29,486 nucleotides of DNA from a virus. Its lineage: Duplodnaviria > Caudoviricetes. The notes beneath the pieces were generated by a model that worked only from the letters and a program-made list of their open reading frames with translations, had not been told where the DNA came from and did no database searches. A program made the position numbers and the translations under genes. Within the stretch, counting starts at the first letter, position 1, and each line of letters starts with the position of its first letter. Positions 1 to 8,553 of this stretch are shown here, in pieces. The stretch spans positions 1 to 29,486 of IMG/VR virus record IMGVR_UViG_3300017737_000057. One strand, 5' to 3'.

Positions 1-106
1 AACTAGAACCGCCAGATGAAACCACATCATCTACTGCATAAGCTGTACTGTTGTTGTAAGCTCCTTTCCAGTTAAATTTGATAGCACCTAGATTAATTGT
101 TGCCAT
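1..106 (-). CDS. N-terminus of a virion structural/tail-fibre-associated protein, truncated by window edge
   Basis: Hand translation MATINLGAIKFNWKGAYNNSTAYAVDDVVSSGGSS; AAGGA RBS upstream; WKGAYxxxTAYxxDDVV is a common phage tail-fibre N-terminal motif. Confidence 0.75.
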   Translation of the reverse strand, partial: MATINLGAIKFNWKGAYNNSTAYAVDDVVSSGGSS

Positions 107-116
107 GTTTGTTTCC

Positions 117-2264
117 TTATATTGTTGCTATTAAATCGCCATTAGTATCTATGCTAAAGGTAAAACCACTAGCACTAAATAAGACATCATCAAAAGAGGC
201 GAAAGTTGAACTTGAGATGTTGTCTGCCCCTTGATTAGTTGTTGTAACTATCAATTGGCTATTATTATTTTTATTAAAACCATAAACTTCAGCTGAACTA
301 GCATTACCATATTCTAGCCCATTAGCTCCAGAATTAACTTTAATTACCTGTCCTGCAGAACCTATTGAAGTTAAACCTGTTCCGCCTTTTGTTGTAGGAA
401 CAGTAGGCAATCTTGCAGAATTTATAGTTCCAGCTGTTATATTAGAAGCATTTATAGACGCAACATTAAAAGTTCCGTATGCTACTATTGAAATTATATC
501 ATTTAAAGTTGCACCAGAAGCTAATACAATACTTGATCCTGAAGTTACAGTTACATCTGTTCCATTGACCAATTTTGCTCCATTCAAATAGACATCTATA
601 AATCCTGCATCGTAAGCCAGAGTGTTTCCGCTATCGTCTGCACCTGTAAAAGTAGTTTGGTTAGCCGAAGCCGTATATTTAAATCTGGCAGCAGTACCAT
701 TTACAGTAGAACCTGCTGCAGCCCAACCACTTGATTTATAAACTTTTAATTCGTTTGCTGTGGTGTCAAAATAAAGATCTCCTACATTTAAAGAAGAAGT
801 CGGAGCTGAACTTGAAATTCTATAAACTTCGGCAAAATTATTTATTGAACTTAAATTATTTGCAGCCGTTGTTACATTTGCAGAATTAGAAGCTAAAGTA
901 TTTAATCCACTAATTGCAGCCAAAGTATTCATGTCGGATACTGTTTGTGAAGTACCTAAAGTATTCATATCCGAAACGGCATCAGAAGTTCCTAGTAATC
1001 CTATTTGTGTTGATTTAGCAGCAACAGTTGAAACTTCCGTTGCTTTTGGTACTAATCTATGAAAATTGTAAGTATGTTGTGTAGTTGTAGATTCAACTAA
1101 TATTCCAAATCCAGAAGCTAAAACTGTATTAGCACCACAACCATTTAAAGTTACTGTAGAATTACCAACTGTACCATTAGGAATAGAAACAACACCTGAA
1201 CCATTGGCTGTATAGGCTTGTGATAATGCTTCAACACTAACAATAGTTCCTACGCCATTATTTACATCTGGATTTGTATTTGGAAAACTTGTTTCGTTTG
1301 CTATTGGAACAAAACCGCCAACATCATCAACAAGGTCAATAACTCTTGCATCAATCGCTGCTGTTGTTGCTATAAAATCATCTGAAGCCGACCAAGTTTG
1401 TCCTGAATTTATTAATTCCGAAGTATCTTTATTTAAAAATCTAGTGTTTGCTGCAGAAGTTGTGTAAAAAGTATTATCGTCTGGAGTATGTCCAGATTGT
1501 TCTGAATTTGTAACTATTGTTGCGTCAGAAATTTTTGCCATAGTAACGGCATTATCTGAAATATGAGCTGTATCAATTGAACCATCTACTAAATGTTCTG
1601 AATCAATACTATCGTCAGCTATTTTAGAACCATTAACTGCATCTGCCCCTATTTTAGAATTAGTAACCGCTCCAGAATTTATTTTAGCTTCTGTTACGGC
1701 ATTAGCATTAAGTTGCGCTGATTGAACTGCGTTGTCAGCAATTTTATCATTATTAACTGCATCATTTGCAATTTTTGCTGTTGTTACCGAACCATCGGCA
1801 AAGTTACCAGAACCTATTACCCCTAAAGGTATAGAATTATTTGTAGCCGTTAATCCTGATAAATAAATTTCTAAATCTGTGTCGCTTGATAAATTTCCAC
1901 TATCCCAAGTAACATTAACTGTCGTTACATTACTTGAATAAGCCGAAGAACTTATAGTTCCAAATTTTGTTCCTGTGTTTGTTCCAGTTGCTTTTATTCT
2001 TCTATTCGCATGATAGTAAGAAGTTAAATCGTTTCCTGTTGATGTAATAGTAAATTGTGTATTGCTTACATAGGCTGGAGTGTATGCCCCACTTCCGTCA
2101 CCATAGATTACCCATTGGCTATCATTATACCAATCTCTAGTGTTCTTCATTAGAGCTCTTATGGCATTATTTAAATTTGAGGGTAACATTCCCTCCGCAA
2201 CACTAATAGTATTTAAGCTAGTGTTGTTTGCTTGGACTGTTGAATAATCTTTTATTCCTGACAT
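117..2264 (-). CDS. Tail fibre / tail spike protein
   Basis: 715 aa, rich in S/T/N/G/A; decapeptide repeats of type AVTxxKIADx; position after tail nozzle. Confidence 0.8.
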   Translation of the reverse strand: MSGIKDYSTVQANNTSLNTISVAEGMLPSNLNNAIRALMKNTRDWYNDSQWVIYGDGSGAYTPAYVSNTQFTITSTGNDLTSYYHANRRIKATGTNTGTKFGTISSSAYSSNVTTVNVTWDSGNLSSDTDLEIYLSGLTATNNSIPLGVIGSGNFADGSVTTAKIANDAVNNDKIADNAVQSAQLNANAVTEAKINSGAVTNSKIGADAVNGSKIADDSIDSEHLVDGSIDTAHISDNAVTMAKISDATIVTNSEQSGHTPDDNTFYTTSAANTRFLNKDTSELINSGQTWSASDDFIATTAAIDARVIDLVDDVGGFVPIANETSFPNTNPDVNNGVGTIVSVEALSQAYTANGSGVVSIPNGTVGNSTVTLNGCGANTVLASGFGILVESTTTQHTYNFHRLVPKATEVSTVAAKSTQIGLLGTSDAVSDMNTLGTSQTVSDMNTLAAISGLNTLASNSANVTTAANNLSSINNFAEVYRISSSAPTSSLNVGDLYFDTTANELKVYKSSGWAAAGSTVNGTAARFKYTASANQTTFTGADDSGNTLAYDAGFIDVYLNGAKLVNGTDVTVTSGSSIVLASGATLNDIISIVAYGTFNVASINASNITAGTINSARLPTVPTTKGGTGLTSIGSAGQVIKVNSGANGLEYGNASSAEVYGFNKNNNSQLIVTTTNQGADNISSSTFASFDDVLFSASGFTFSIDTNGDLIATI
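1515..1805 (-). repeat. About 9-10 tandem decapeptide repeats within tail fibre
   Basis: SVTTAKIAND-AVNNDKIADN-AVQSAQLNAN-AVTEAKINSG-AVTNSKIGAD-AVNGSKIADD-SIDSEHLVDG-SIDTAHISDN-AVTMAKISDA. Confidence 0.85.
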
Positions 2265-2414
2265 TTAATCTCCTATAAACCATGCAAACACTTTATTATT
2301 TTCTGTGTTTTTTTGGTTGATTAATACATTGACTGCTTCTTCTACCTGTCTTTGAAAAAATTCTTGTGAATCTAAACTATATCTAACATTGTCTATATCA
2401 AATTTATCACTCAT
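2265..2414 (-). CDS. Small hypothetical protein, 49 aa (not in ORF track)
   Basis: MSDKFDIDNVRYSLDSQEFFQRQVEEAVNVLINQKNTENNKVFAWFIGD; ATGA overlap with upstream stop; its stop abuts the fibre ATG; fills the gap exactly. Confidence 0.8.
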   Translation of the reverse strand: MSDKFDIDNVRYSLDSQEFFQRQVEEAVNVLINQKNTENNKVFAWFIGD

Positions 2415-4240
2415 CTGCTACCACTCCTTGAAGCAACTAAATCAACTCCTTGTGCATGGCTCCAGACTGTTCCACTTGGTATTTTTACATTAACTCTAAC
2501 ATATCTACCTGATTGCCTAACAGGAACAACACCGCTAGTTACCATTGAACTATAAGTTGAAGTTGTTTTAGTGTCGGCTAATCTTTCTCTAGTTGTTATG
2601 GCAACAGAAGAAACTGCGTCAACAATTGGTCTGACTTCGGTTATATCCGACCTTAAACCTGGAAACAACTCTAATTCTTTAGTTTCTAATTCTACTTCGC
2701 CAGAATCTCCAGAAAAGATTGCAGCCTTATAATTATTATCTATTGCACCTAAATACAATTGTCCGCCTTGCCAAAATGCAGTATCTAAAGAAATATTAAT
2801 ATTTTCTAGGTTTGCCGATATTAAGTCCATTAATTCAACTGTGTAAGCACCCACATATTGCGTAAAAATTGTAGAAGCATTGGCATTAGATATAGACCAT
2901 TTTTCGGTAACATAATTATAAATAATTAATTTATCGCAAACTCCAGTTGTGTTTGTTGTATCACTTGAAGATGGATATAACCAAATAGCTAATTGATTAA
3001 ATGGGTCAACCGCAGCTACTATTCTATCTGTAAATGCTTTGTTTAAATCTTTATCAAAAAATCTATTAACTTTTTCAGCCCCAATAGGTTTTATTTGATC
3101 TCCGTTAATTTCAAAAAATCCATCGTCAGCATAAAAGAAAGCTCTTCTATTATCTTGGCAAACTGTTTTTCCATAAGTAGCACCCCTGTTAGGCGATATA
3201 ACAGAAAATCTGAATACTGTTGCACCACCAACATAATCCATTCTTACTATTTCGTTTTGTCTAAAAATATATCCATATTCCCCAGAAGTTATAGCTACTA
3301 CTTGTCCTCCAGAACCAGGTAAATCTTGAAAATCTGCTTGTTTAGTTCCAGGTGTCCATGAAGTAATATCATTTAATCCTGACCATTGAACTCTATTTTT
3401 ATTGTTTGTTTGATTACCTGTAACTAAAAAATCTCTAATAACACCTGAAACTCTAAAAGTAGGTGGAGTTCCAGAAGTAGATATTGTTGAAAGATTAGCA
3501 AAATTAGTAGAAGTACCCATTTGATAATATTGTGGTGGATTAACACCATTACTAATAATTATGTAATCGCCAAATTGTGTAAAAGTAAAAAAATCTGTAT
3601 CACCACCTGTTAATGGTGTTCCGCCAACAAAATTAGTAGTTGCTAATCTAGTAGTGTCCGAAGATACATTGGTTAAATTATCTCTACCAATGGCAGCTCT
3701 AGTTACTGTAACAATATTATTTGAAACTGTTGCCGAAAAATCCGCATGACCATTTATAGTAGTTTTTAAATTTGTAGCGGTAGTATCGTTATTTGTTTGT
3801 ACTTGAAATTCGTTAGCAGATGGACTTCCAGTAGAAGAAGTAAATACAACTGTTGTTCCATCATTTTTTTTTAAAGTTATAGTTTTTCCAGCCCCAATAT
3901 TTGCATAATCGGTAACTGTAATTGTGCAAGTAGCAAAAGAATTACTTAATAATTTTCCACCTGCCCCTCTATCTATAAAACTTCCAGAAGTTAATTGATA
4001 AATTGTATCTTTAGTAGCAGCAAAGTTAAACGCTAGGTTTTCAGTTGATCTAAAAGAACCTGCCCCTTTACTATCTTTACCAATATTTGCTAATCCGCCA
4101 CCTGCGGTACTTGAATAAGAAATTAAAGACGGAAAAGGTTTATAAGAATTGACGGCATAATATACATTAGTTGCAACTGTGGCTCCAGGATTTAGATGTG
4201 GTGGTTGATCAGGTAACCATTCGCCAAAAGGTATTTGCAT
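2411..4240 (-). CDS. Tail nozzle / tail tubular protein B-like (beta-propeller)
   Basis: 609 aa, beta-rich; FGEWLPDQ N-terminus and RVQWSGLND motif; follows the adaptor gene in podovirus order. Confidence 0.7.
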   Translation of the reverse strand: MQIPFGEWLPDQPPHLNPGATVATNVYYAVNSYKPFPSLISYSSTAGGGLANIGKDSKGAGSFRSTENLAFNFAATKDTIYQLTSGSFIDRGAGGKLLSNSFATCTITVTDYANIGAGKTITLKKNDGTTVVFTSSTGSPSANEFQVQTNNDTTATNLKTTINGHADFSATVSNNIVTVTRAAIGRDNLTNVSSDTTRLATTNFVGGTPLTGGDTDFFTFTQFGDYIIISNGVNPPQYYQMGTSTNFANLSTISTSGTPPTFRVSGVIRDFLVTGNQTNNKNRVQWSGLNDITSWTPGTKQADFQDLPGSGGQVVAITSGEYGYIFRQNEIVRMDYVGGATVFRFSVISPNRGATYGKTVCQDNRRAFFYADDGFFEINGDQIKPIGAEKVNRFFDKDLNKAFTDRIVAAVDPFNQLAIWLYPSSSDTTNTTGVCDKLIIYNYVTEKWSISNANASTIFTQYVGAYTVELMDLISANLENINISLDTAFWQGGQLYLGAIDNNYKAAIFSGDSGEVELETKELELFPGLRSDITEVRPIVDAVSSVAITTRERLADTKTTSTYSSMVTSGVVPVRQSGRYVRVNVKIPSGTVWSHAQGVDLVASRSGSR

Positions 4241-4249
4241 TTAATTTTC

Positions 4250-4927
4250 CTAACTATTGTTATTAATAACTTTATTGTTGGGTTGAAAAGCAGCTTCAAC
4301 GGAAGTATCAGATCTAATTTGTAGGGGCGAACCACTATATTGATCTTCTCTATCGTTTCTTTCAACTCTTTCTAAAGCCGTTACATAATTTTGTTGCCAT
4401 GCTTGTACTTTTTGTGGTTCAACGCCACCTAAAAATTGTGCAGCATGATATAACGAACCATATAAATATATTTGTGGGTGATTCGTTAATATATAATTTG
4501 AAGTATTTGAATCCGATAAAGGATCAAAAGTTTTATAAAAATTTATTGTAGCTGTGTATGTAGAATCAGGTTTAGAAGCAAATCTAAATTTATCGCCAAG
4601 TATTGTATAAACACTAGGCATACCTGTAGAAGAAGAACCTCTTATTTCGTCCATTTGTGGTGGAGTCATATACCTTAAAGCATATTTAGTTCCGCCACTT
4701 AAAATAAAAAAATCCCTTACTTGTAAAAATCCAGTAGGTACTGTTTCTTCTTCGGAATCAATTGTAAATGAAGTTGAAGTAGAAATCATTTTGCCAATTC
4801 TTAATTTAGAATTGTAATCCGCTTCTACTAATTTAATAAAGTCGTCAGATATTTCGGTTGTTAAATCACTTCTATTTAACCAATTAGCAATAGAAGTTTT
4901 TAATTCTGCGTAAGTAGATAAAGCCAT
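4250..4927 (-). CDS. Head-tail adaptor / tail tubular protein A-like
   Basis: YAELKTSIANWLNRSDLT and NYILTNHPQIYLYGSL motifs typical of podovirus adaptors; synteny. Confidence 0.75.
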   Translation of the reverse strand: MALSTYAELKTSIANWLNRSDLTTEISDDFIKLVEADYNSKLRIGKMISTSTSFTIDSEEETVPTGFLQVRDFFILSGGTKYALRYMTPPQMDEIRGSSSTGMPSVYTILGDKFRFASKPDSTYTATINFYKTFDPLSDSNTSNYILTNHPQIYLYGSLYHAAQFLGGVEPQKVQAWQQNYVTALERVERNDREDQYSGSPLQIRSDTSVEAAFQPNNKVINNNS

Positions 4928-5259
4928 TATATTCTTCCCTCAGCAGTTCTAAAATATTTAAATTCGTTACTATTTAATTTTTTTTTCATAATATCCTTTT
5001 GAACTTCTTTAGGTAAAGCCCACCAATTATTAGTTCCATTATATTCATTAGCCCAAACTTGCAAAGCTAAAATAGGTATAGAAGCAACTCTTTTTAAATC
5101 TTTAGACTTTGAATAACCATCGTCTTTATTTAATAGTTCTTTATTATGTTTTAAATGTGAATCTATATTTAGTTCTTCTTTTAAAACAATTTTTTGTTCG
5201 GTTTCGTCTAGGTTAAAAGTTTCTTTTTTTAATCCATCTACAAAAACATCTTTTCTCAT
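4927..5259 (-). CDS. Conserved phage hypothetical protein
   Basis: 110 aa, coupled to both neighbours; LKRVASIP and KYFRT motifs. Confidence 0.75.
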   Translation of the reverse strand: MRKDVFVDGLKKETFNLDETEQKIVLKEELNIDSHLKHNKELLNKDDGYSKSKDLKRVASIPILALQVWANEYNGTNNWWALPKEVQKDIMKKKLNSNEFKYFRTAEGRI

Positions 5260-5390
5260 CTGCCTTGACCTTTATACCTTGTTAGTTTTTTTTGTCTTTT
5301 TTCAGATTTGTTCAATGATTTTTTATGTCTGCCAGGTCTTTTTCTTGGTTTTGGTCTGGGTACATAATGAACAAACTTCTGTCTTGCCAC
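5256..5390 (-). CDS. Highly basic microprotein, 44 aa (not in ORF track)
   Basis: GTG start overlapping upstream TAG; MARQKFVHYVPRPKPRKRPGRHKKSLNKSEKRQKKLTRYKGQGR; ATGA overlap with next gene. Confidence 0.7.
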   Translation of the reverse strand: MARQKFVHYVPRPKPRKRPGRHKKSLNKSEKRQKKLTRYKGQGR

Positions 5391-5689
5391 TACGCACTCA
5401 TTTCAGTTACGAACAAATCTCCGCTAGTACTGGTATTTCTAATCGCAGCTATTTTTTCACCTGGCGAAACTTTAATAATTTCATAATCTCCAGCATGAAG
5501 ATAGGCATCACTTGTTGTAGCAGTTGGTGCTGAAGAAGCATTACCGCCAATAACATAATGACAACTATGTGTAGTTGCTATTCTTACATATTCAGTTTGC
5601 GTTCCAAAAACATTTGAAGAAGCAACAGATGAACCTGTAAATGAAACTTTTTGTGTAGTTCCAGGTCTTAAAGCATAATTATAACTCAT
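5390..5689 (-). CDS. Small beta-rich virion protein (hypothetical)
   Basis: 99 aa; GGAG RBS; in structural operon. Confidence 0.75.
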   Translation of the reverse strand: MSYNYALRPGTTQKVSFTGSSVASSNVFGTQTEYVRIATTHSCHYVIGGNASSAPTATTSDAYLHAGDYEIIKVSPGEKIAAIRNTSTSGDLFVTEMSA

Positions 5690-5712
5690 TTTTTTTACTC
5701 CGTTAGGGTTAA

Positions 5713-5741
5713 GGGGGAAATACCGCTAGGCAGGTTCCCCC
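5713..5741 (-). terminator. GC-rich intergenic hairpin (terminator or processing element)
   Basis: GGGGGAA...TTCCCCC outer stem with inner TGCC/GGTA stem; only a weak U tract follows. Confidence 0.5.
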
Positions 5742-5749
5742 ATAATTTA

Positions 5750-6097
5750 TTATCTTCTTACAACAATTGTAAAATGTGCAGAATGTGTTCCTGTAGAACC
5801 ACCGTTTGTTGCGATAGCGATATAATCGCCCTCATTTACATTATTTGCTGCAGTTGGTTCGCAAGTATCAATATCTCCTGCACCTGAACCAGAATGAGCA
5901 ATTGTTATAGCTCCGTTTGTCATATTAGTAGTATTTACTTTAGCAGTACATACCGCATTACCACCTGAAAGAGCTCCACCTAGAACTGAAGTTATTTTAA
6001 TAACTTTTCCAGCGTCAGGTACGGCTACTCTTACTGTTGAAGCAGTTGATACATTGTCTAAATGACATTCTAAAAAATAATCGTTTAATGTTCTCAT
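5750..6097 (-). CDS. Putative capsid decoration / minor capsid protein
   Basis: 115 aa beta-rich protein directly after major capsid; GGAG RBS; function inferred from position. Confidence 0.55.
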   Translation of the reverse strand: MRTLNDYFLECHLDNVSTASTVRVAVPDAGKVIKITSVLGGALSGGNAVCTAKVNTTNMTNGAITIAHSGSGAGDIDTCEPTAANNVNEGDYIAIATNGGSTGTHSAHFTIVVRR

Positions 6098-6155
6098 TTT
6101 TTTTCTCCGTTTGTCGTTCCGTCTATAACCTTATTAAGACTTCAACATTTGGTTT

Positions 6156-6200
6156 ATTGTTTAGGGGTGTATATCTAAACAAGGTTACACCCCCAACAAT
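6156..6200 (-). terminator. Long hairpin after capsid stop (terminator or stability element)
   Basis: ATTGTTGGGGGTGTA...TACACCCCTAAACAAT, 6 nt after the capsid stop. Confidence 0.6.
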
Positions 6201-6206
6201 TTAGCA

Positions 6207-7175
6207 TTATGCAGTAGTTAAATCAGTAACTAATCCACTTGCTTTTTCGTTTCTTGATTCAAGAGTGTACTCTGTAACCAAGAATCTTTGATCTCCGTCT
6301 GTAGTTTGACCTGGAGTAGTAAGTTTGAAATCTCTTAAAAAAGAAACTCCCCACATATCCATTTCAAGTACATAAGCGTCTTGACCTTTTTTGGCTGCAG
6401 TTCCGTTGTTGTTTCTAATAAGTCTATTAGGTGCAACTTGCATAGTTCCAAAATCTGACTCATACACATCAATAGAAGTAATTAATCTTCTATCTTCTGC
6501 AGCGTCAAATCTAGTTGAACCACCTGTAAAGCCTGAAAGTTTTTGTTTATTAAAAGCACCAACCATAATCATATTAGGGTTTCCGCCATTATCAAAACAT
6601 TTCTTTAAAACGCTTTTTAAATGATCTTCAGTGAAAGCTCTCTGCGTACCATCTGTTCTTGCAGTTCCTGGTACATCAGCACTACTAACTTGACCATTAG
6701 CACCGCCTGCTCCAGCGTCAACATTAGCTTGAAGCCAAGTTGGTAAGCCAGATAATTTTCTTGCAGTTGATGCGTTTCCAGCAGTTCCAGTTACATTAGA
6801 TAAAAGAGCTGTTTCCATATCTCTTTTTAATTCTTTTGCACCTTTAGCTACTTGGTAAGCTATTTCACTTGCTCTACCAGCTGAAGTTACGGCTTCGTTT
6901 GTGCCTGAAACTTGGATAGCTTTTGTAGAGATTTGAGTGTGGTTAGATACTTCCACAGATGGAACCATTGTTCCATAAGATATTGCAGCACCTTCAACCG
7001 CAGCATTAACTGCTGTTGGGGCTAGAGCATCTGTTTGCCATTTGTGTAAAGTATTTGTTGCTCTTGTTTTTGCAACGCCAGACATAAAAGGTGTTTCTGT
7101 TGGACTAATATTGTAAATGATGTCCGACAGGTCTTCTCTTATACCTTTTGCTGTATATGTTTGATACATCGCCAT
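6207..7175 (-). CDS. Major capsid protein (HK97 fold, SU10/DUF5309-like)
   Basis: REDLSDIIYNISPTETPFMS, ELKRDME and YESDFG motifs; AAGGAG RBS; follows scaffold. Confidence 0.92.
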   Translation of the reverse strand: MAMYQTYTAKGIREDLSDIIYNISPTETPFMSGVAKTRATNTLHKWQTDALAPTAVNAAVEGAAISYGTMVPSVEVSNHTQISTKAIQVSGTNEAVTSAGRASEIAYQVAKGAKELKRDMETALLSNVTGTAGNASTARKLSGLPTWLQANVDAGAGGANGQVSSADVPGTARTDGTQRAFTEDHLKSVLKKCFDNGGNPNMIMVGAFNKQKLSGFTGGSTRFDAAEDRRLITSIDVYESDFGTMQVAPNRLIRNNNGTAAKKGQDAYVLEMDMWGVSFLRDFKLTTPGQTTDGDQRFLVTEYTLESRNEKASGLVTDLTTA

Positions 7176-7200
7176 GATATATTCTCCTTTAGGTTATTTA

Positions 7201-8199
7201 TTAAATGTAACGCAAAAGTAAATCGGAAGCATCTTTGATTTTTCCACTTTTCTTGAGCGTTTTAATTTGATTCAACCTTGTTTGAGAATTGATTTCGTCT
7301 TTTGTAACTTTGACACCTGATTTAACAAATTTTGATGGCTTAACTTTCTTATTAACTAAAGTTGGTTTCAACTTTTTGTTATTTTGATAGCTCATAGCAT
7401 CAACAATAATGTCAAATTGCCTTGAATCATAAATTGAATTAACTTCTTTATCGTTAAAGCCTTTAGTCAATAAATAATTCGTCATATTTGTTCTTAAATT
7501 ATTCCCTTTAACAGGGTCGGACAAATCAGGATACTTTAAAGCAACCTTTTTTTGTTCTTCTTTAAGAACTTCTTGAAACTGTTGAGTTTGATGATCTCTA
7601 ATTCGCTTTTGTGCTTGAGAAATAGTATCTCTACGCTTACGAATTTTACGATCTACTTTTGCAGCTTCAGTTGGATCCTCTTCCCATAAAGCGTCTAGCT
7701 CTTTGGAATTAATATCACTATTTATTTCAGCGTTCAAAGTCAACACAAGAGAATTTAAATCTTCTAACTTGGTTGAATACTGTTTTTCCAAACGATCTTT
7801 TGCAGATTGTGTTTCTCTTTTTTCAAGAGCTAACTCCTCTGTTTTTCGTCTGTAATCGGCATCCTTTTGATAACCTGCTTTTAATTCTTCAAGGTCAACA
7901 TCAATTAATTCACCATTAACTTTAACTTGGTGTAAATCGGTTTCTTGTTCTTCAATAGCATCATTTTCTACTGGAGCTTCTTCTTCGTCAGAAACTTCTT
8001 GAACTTCTTCTTGATTGGTTTCTGGTTTTTGTTGAACTTCTTGATTATCTTCTGCTTCCGCTTCTGGTTCTTTTGGTTCAACTGGTGCTTCTTTATCTTG
8101 AGCTTTAATAGTTGCCGTTTTAGGGTCTAGTAATCCCTCAAGAGTTTTAGCTGCACCTTGTACTGAAACATTGTTCAGTAATGGGTTATTGTCAGACAT
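7201..8199 (-). CDS. Capsid scaffolding protein
   Basis: Acidic N-terminus, VKVNGE..VDLEELKAGYQKDADYRRKT motif, coiled coil; AGGAGG RBS; between portal and capsid. Confidence 0.85.
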   Translation of the reverse strand: MSDNNPLLNNVSVQGAAKTLEGLLDPKTATIKAQDKEAPVEPKEPEAEAEDNQEVQQKPETNQEEVQEVSDEEEAPVENDAIEEQETDLHQVKVNGELIDVDLEELKAGYQKDADYRRKTEELALEKRETQSAKDRLEKQYSTKLEDLNSLVLTLNAEINSDINSKELDALWEEDPTEAAKVDRKIRKRRDTISQAQKRIRDHQTQQFQEVLKEEQKKVALKYPDLSDPVKGNNLRTNMTNYLLTKGFNDKEVNSIYDSRQFDIIVDAMSYQNNKKLKPTLVNKKVKPSKFVKSGVKVTKDEINSQTRLNQIKTLKKSGKIKDASDLLLRYI

Positions 8200-8256
8200 T
8201 AAGTCCTCCTATGGTTAAGCTGTCTTTATGACTTGGCTTATTTTAACTTGGTTTAG

Positions 8257-8553
8257 TTAAAATTTTGTTTTTACTTGTTGTTTGCGAAAATCTTCAAGCT
8301 GTTTTTCAGCTAATTTTCCTGTTTCAATAACAGTTTGTAGATGTTGTTCTACTTTGCCTACAACATTATAAGCAATCCAAAGTTTCTCCCTTGTATCGCT
8401 TTCTTTAGCACCTGTTTTTTCTAACAAGGCTTCAGAATAAAGTTTTTTAAGAGTGTCAATTGCCTCTACAAAAATTTTATTCTCTAATATTTGTTTCGCC
8501 TGATTGGATCGGCTGACTTCCGCTTCCCTCAGGGTTTGGTCGTTGGTTACCAT
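8257..8553 (-). CDS. Conserved helical hypothetical protein overlapping portal C-terminus
   Basis: 98 aa; AAAGGA upstream of ATG; REKLWIAY motif. Confidence 0.75.
   Translation of the reverse strand: MVTNDQTLREAEVSRSNQAKQILENKIFVEAIDTLKKLYSEALLEKTGAKESDTREKLWIAYNVVGKVEQHLQTVIETGKLAEKQLEDFRKQQVKTKF

Noticed and set aside
6156-6200. H-type pseudoknot
   Set aside because: Would need a zero-nucleotide loop 3 across an 8-bp stem; treated as an alternative fold instead
6195-6215. Capsid stop readthrough or frameshift extension stimulated by the downstream hairpin
   Set aside because: A second in-frame TAA follows two codons later and no slippery site is evident
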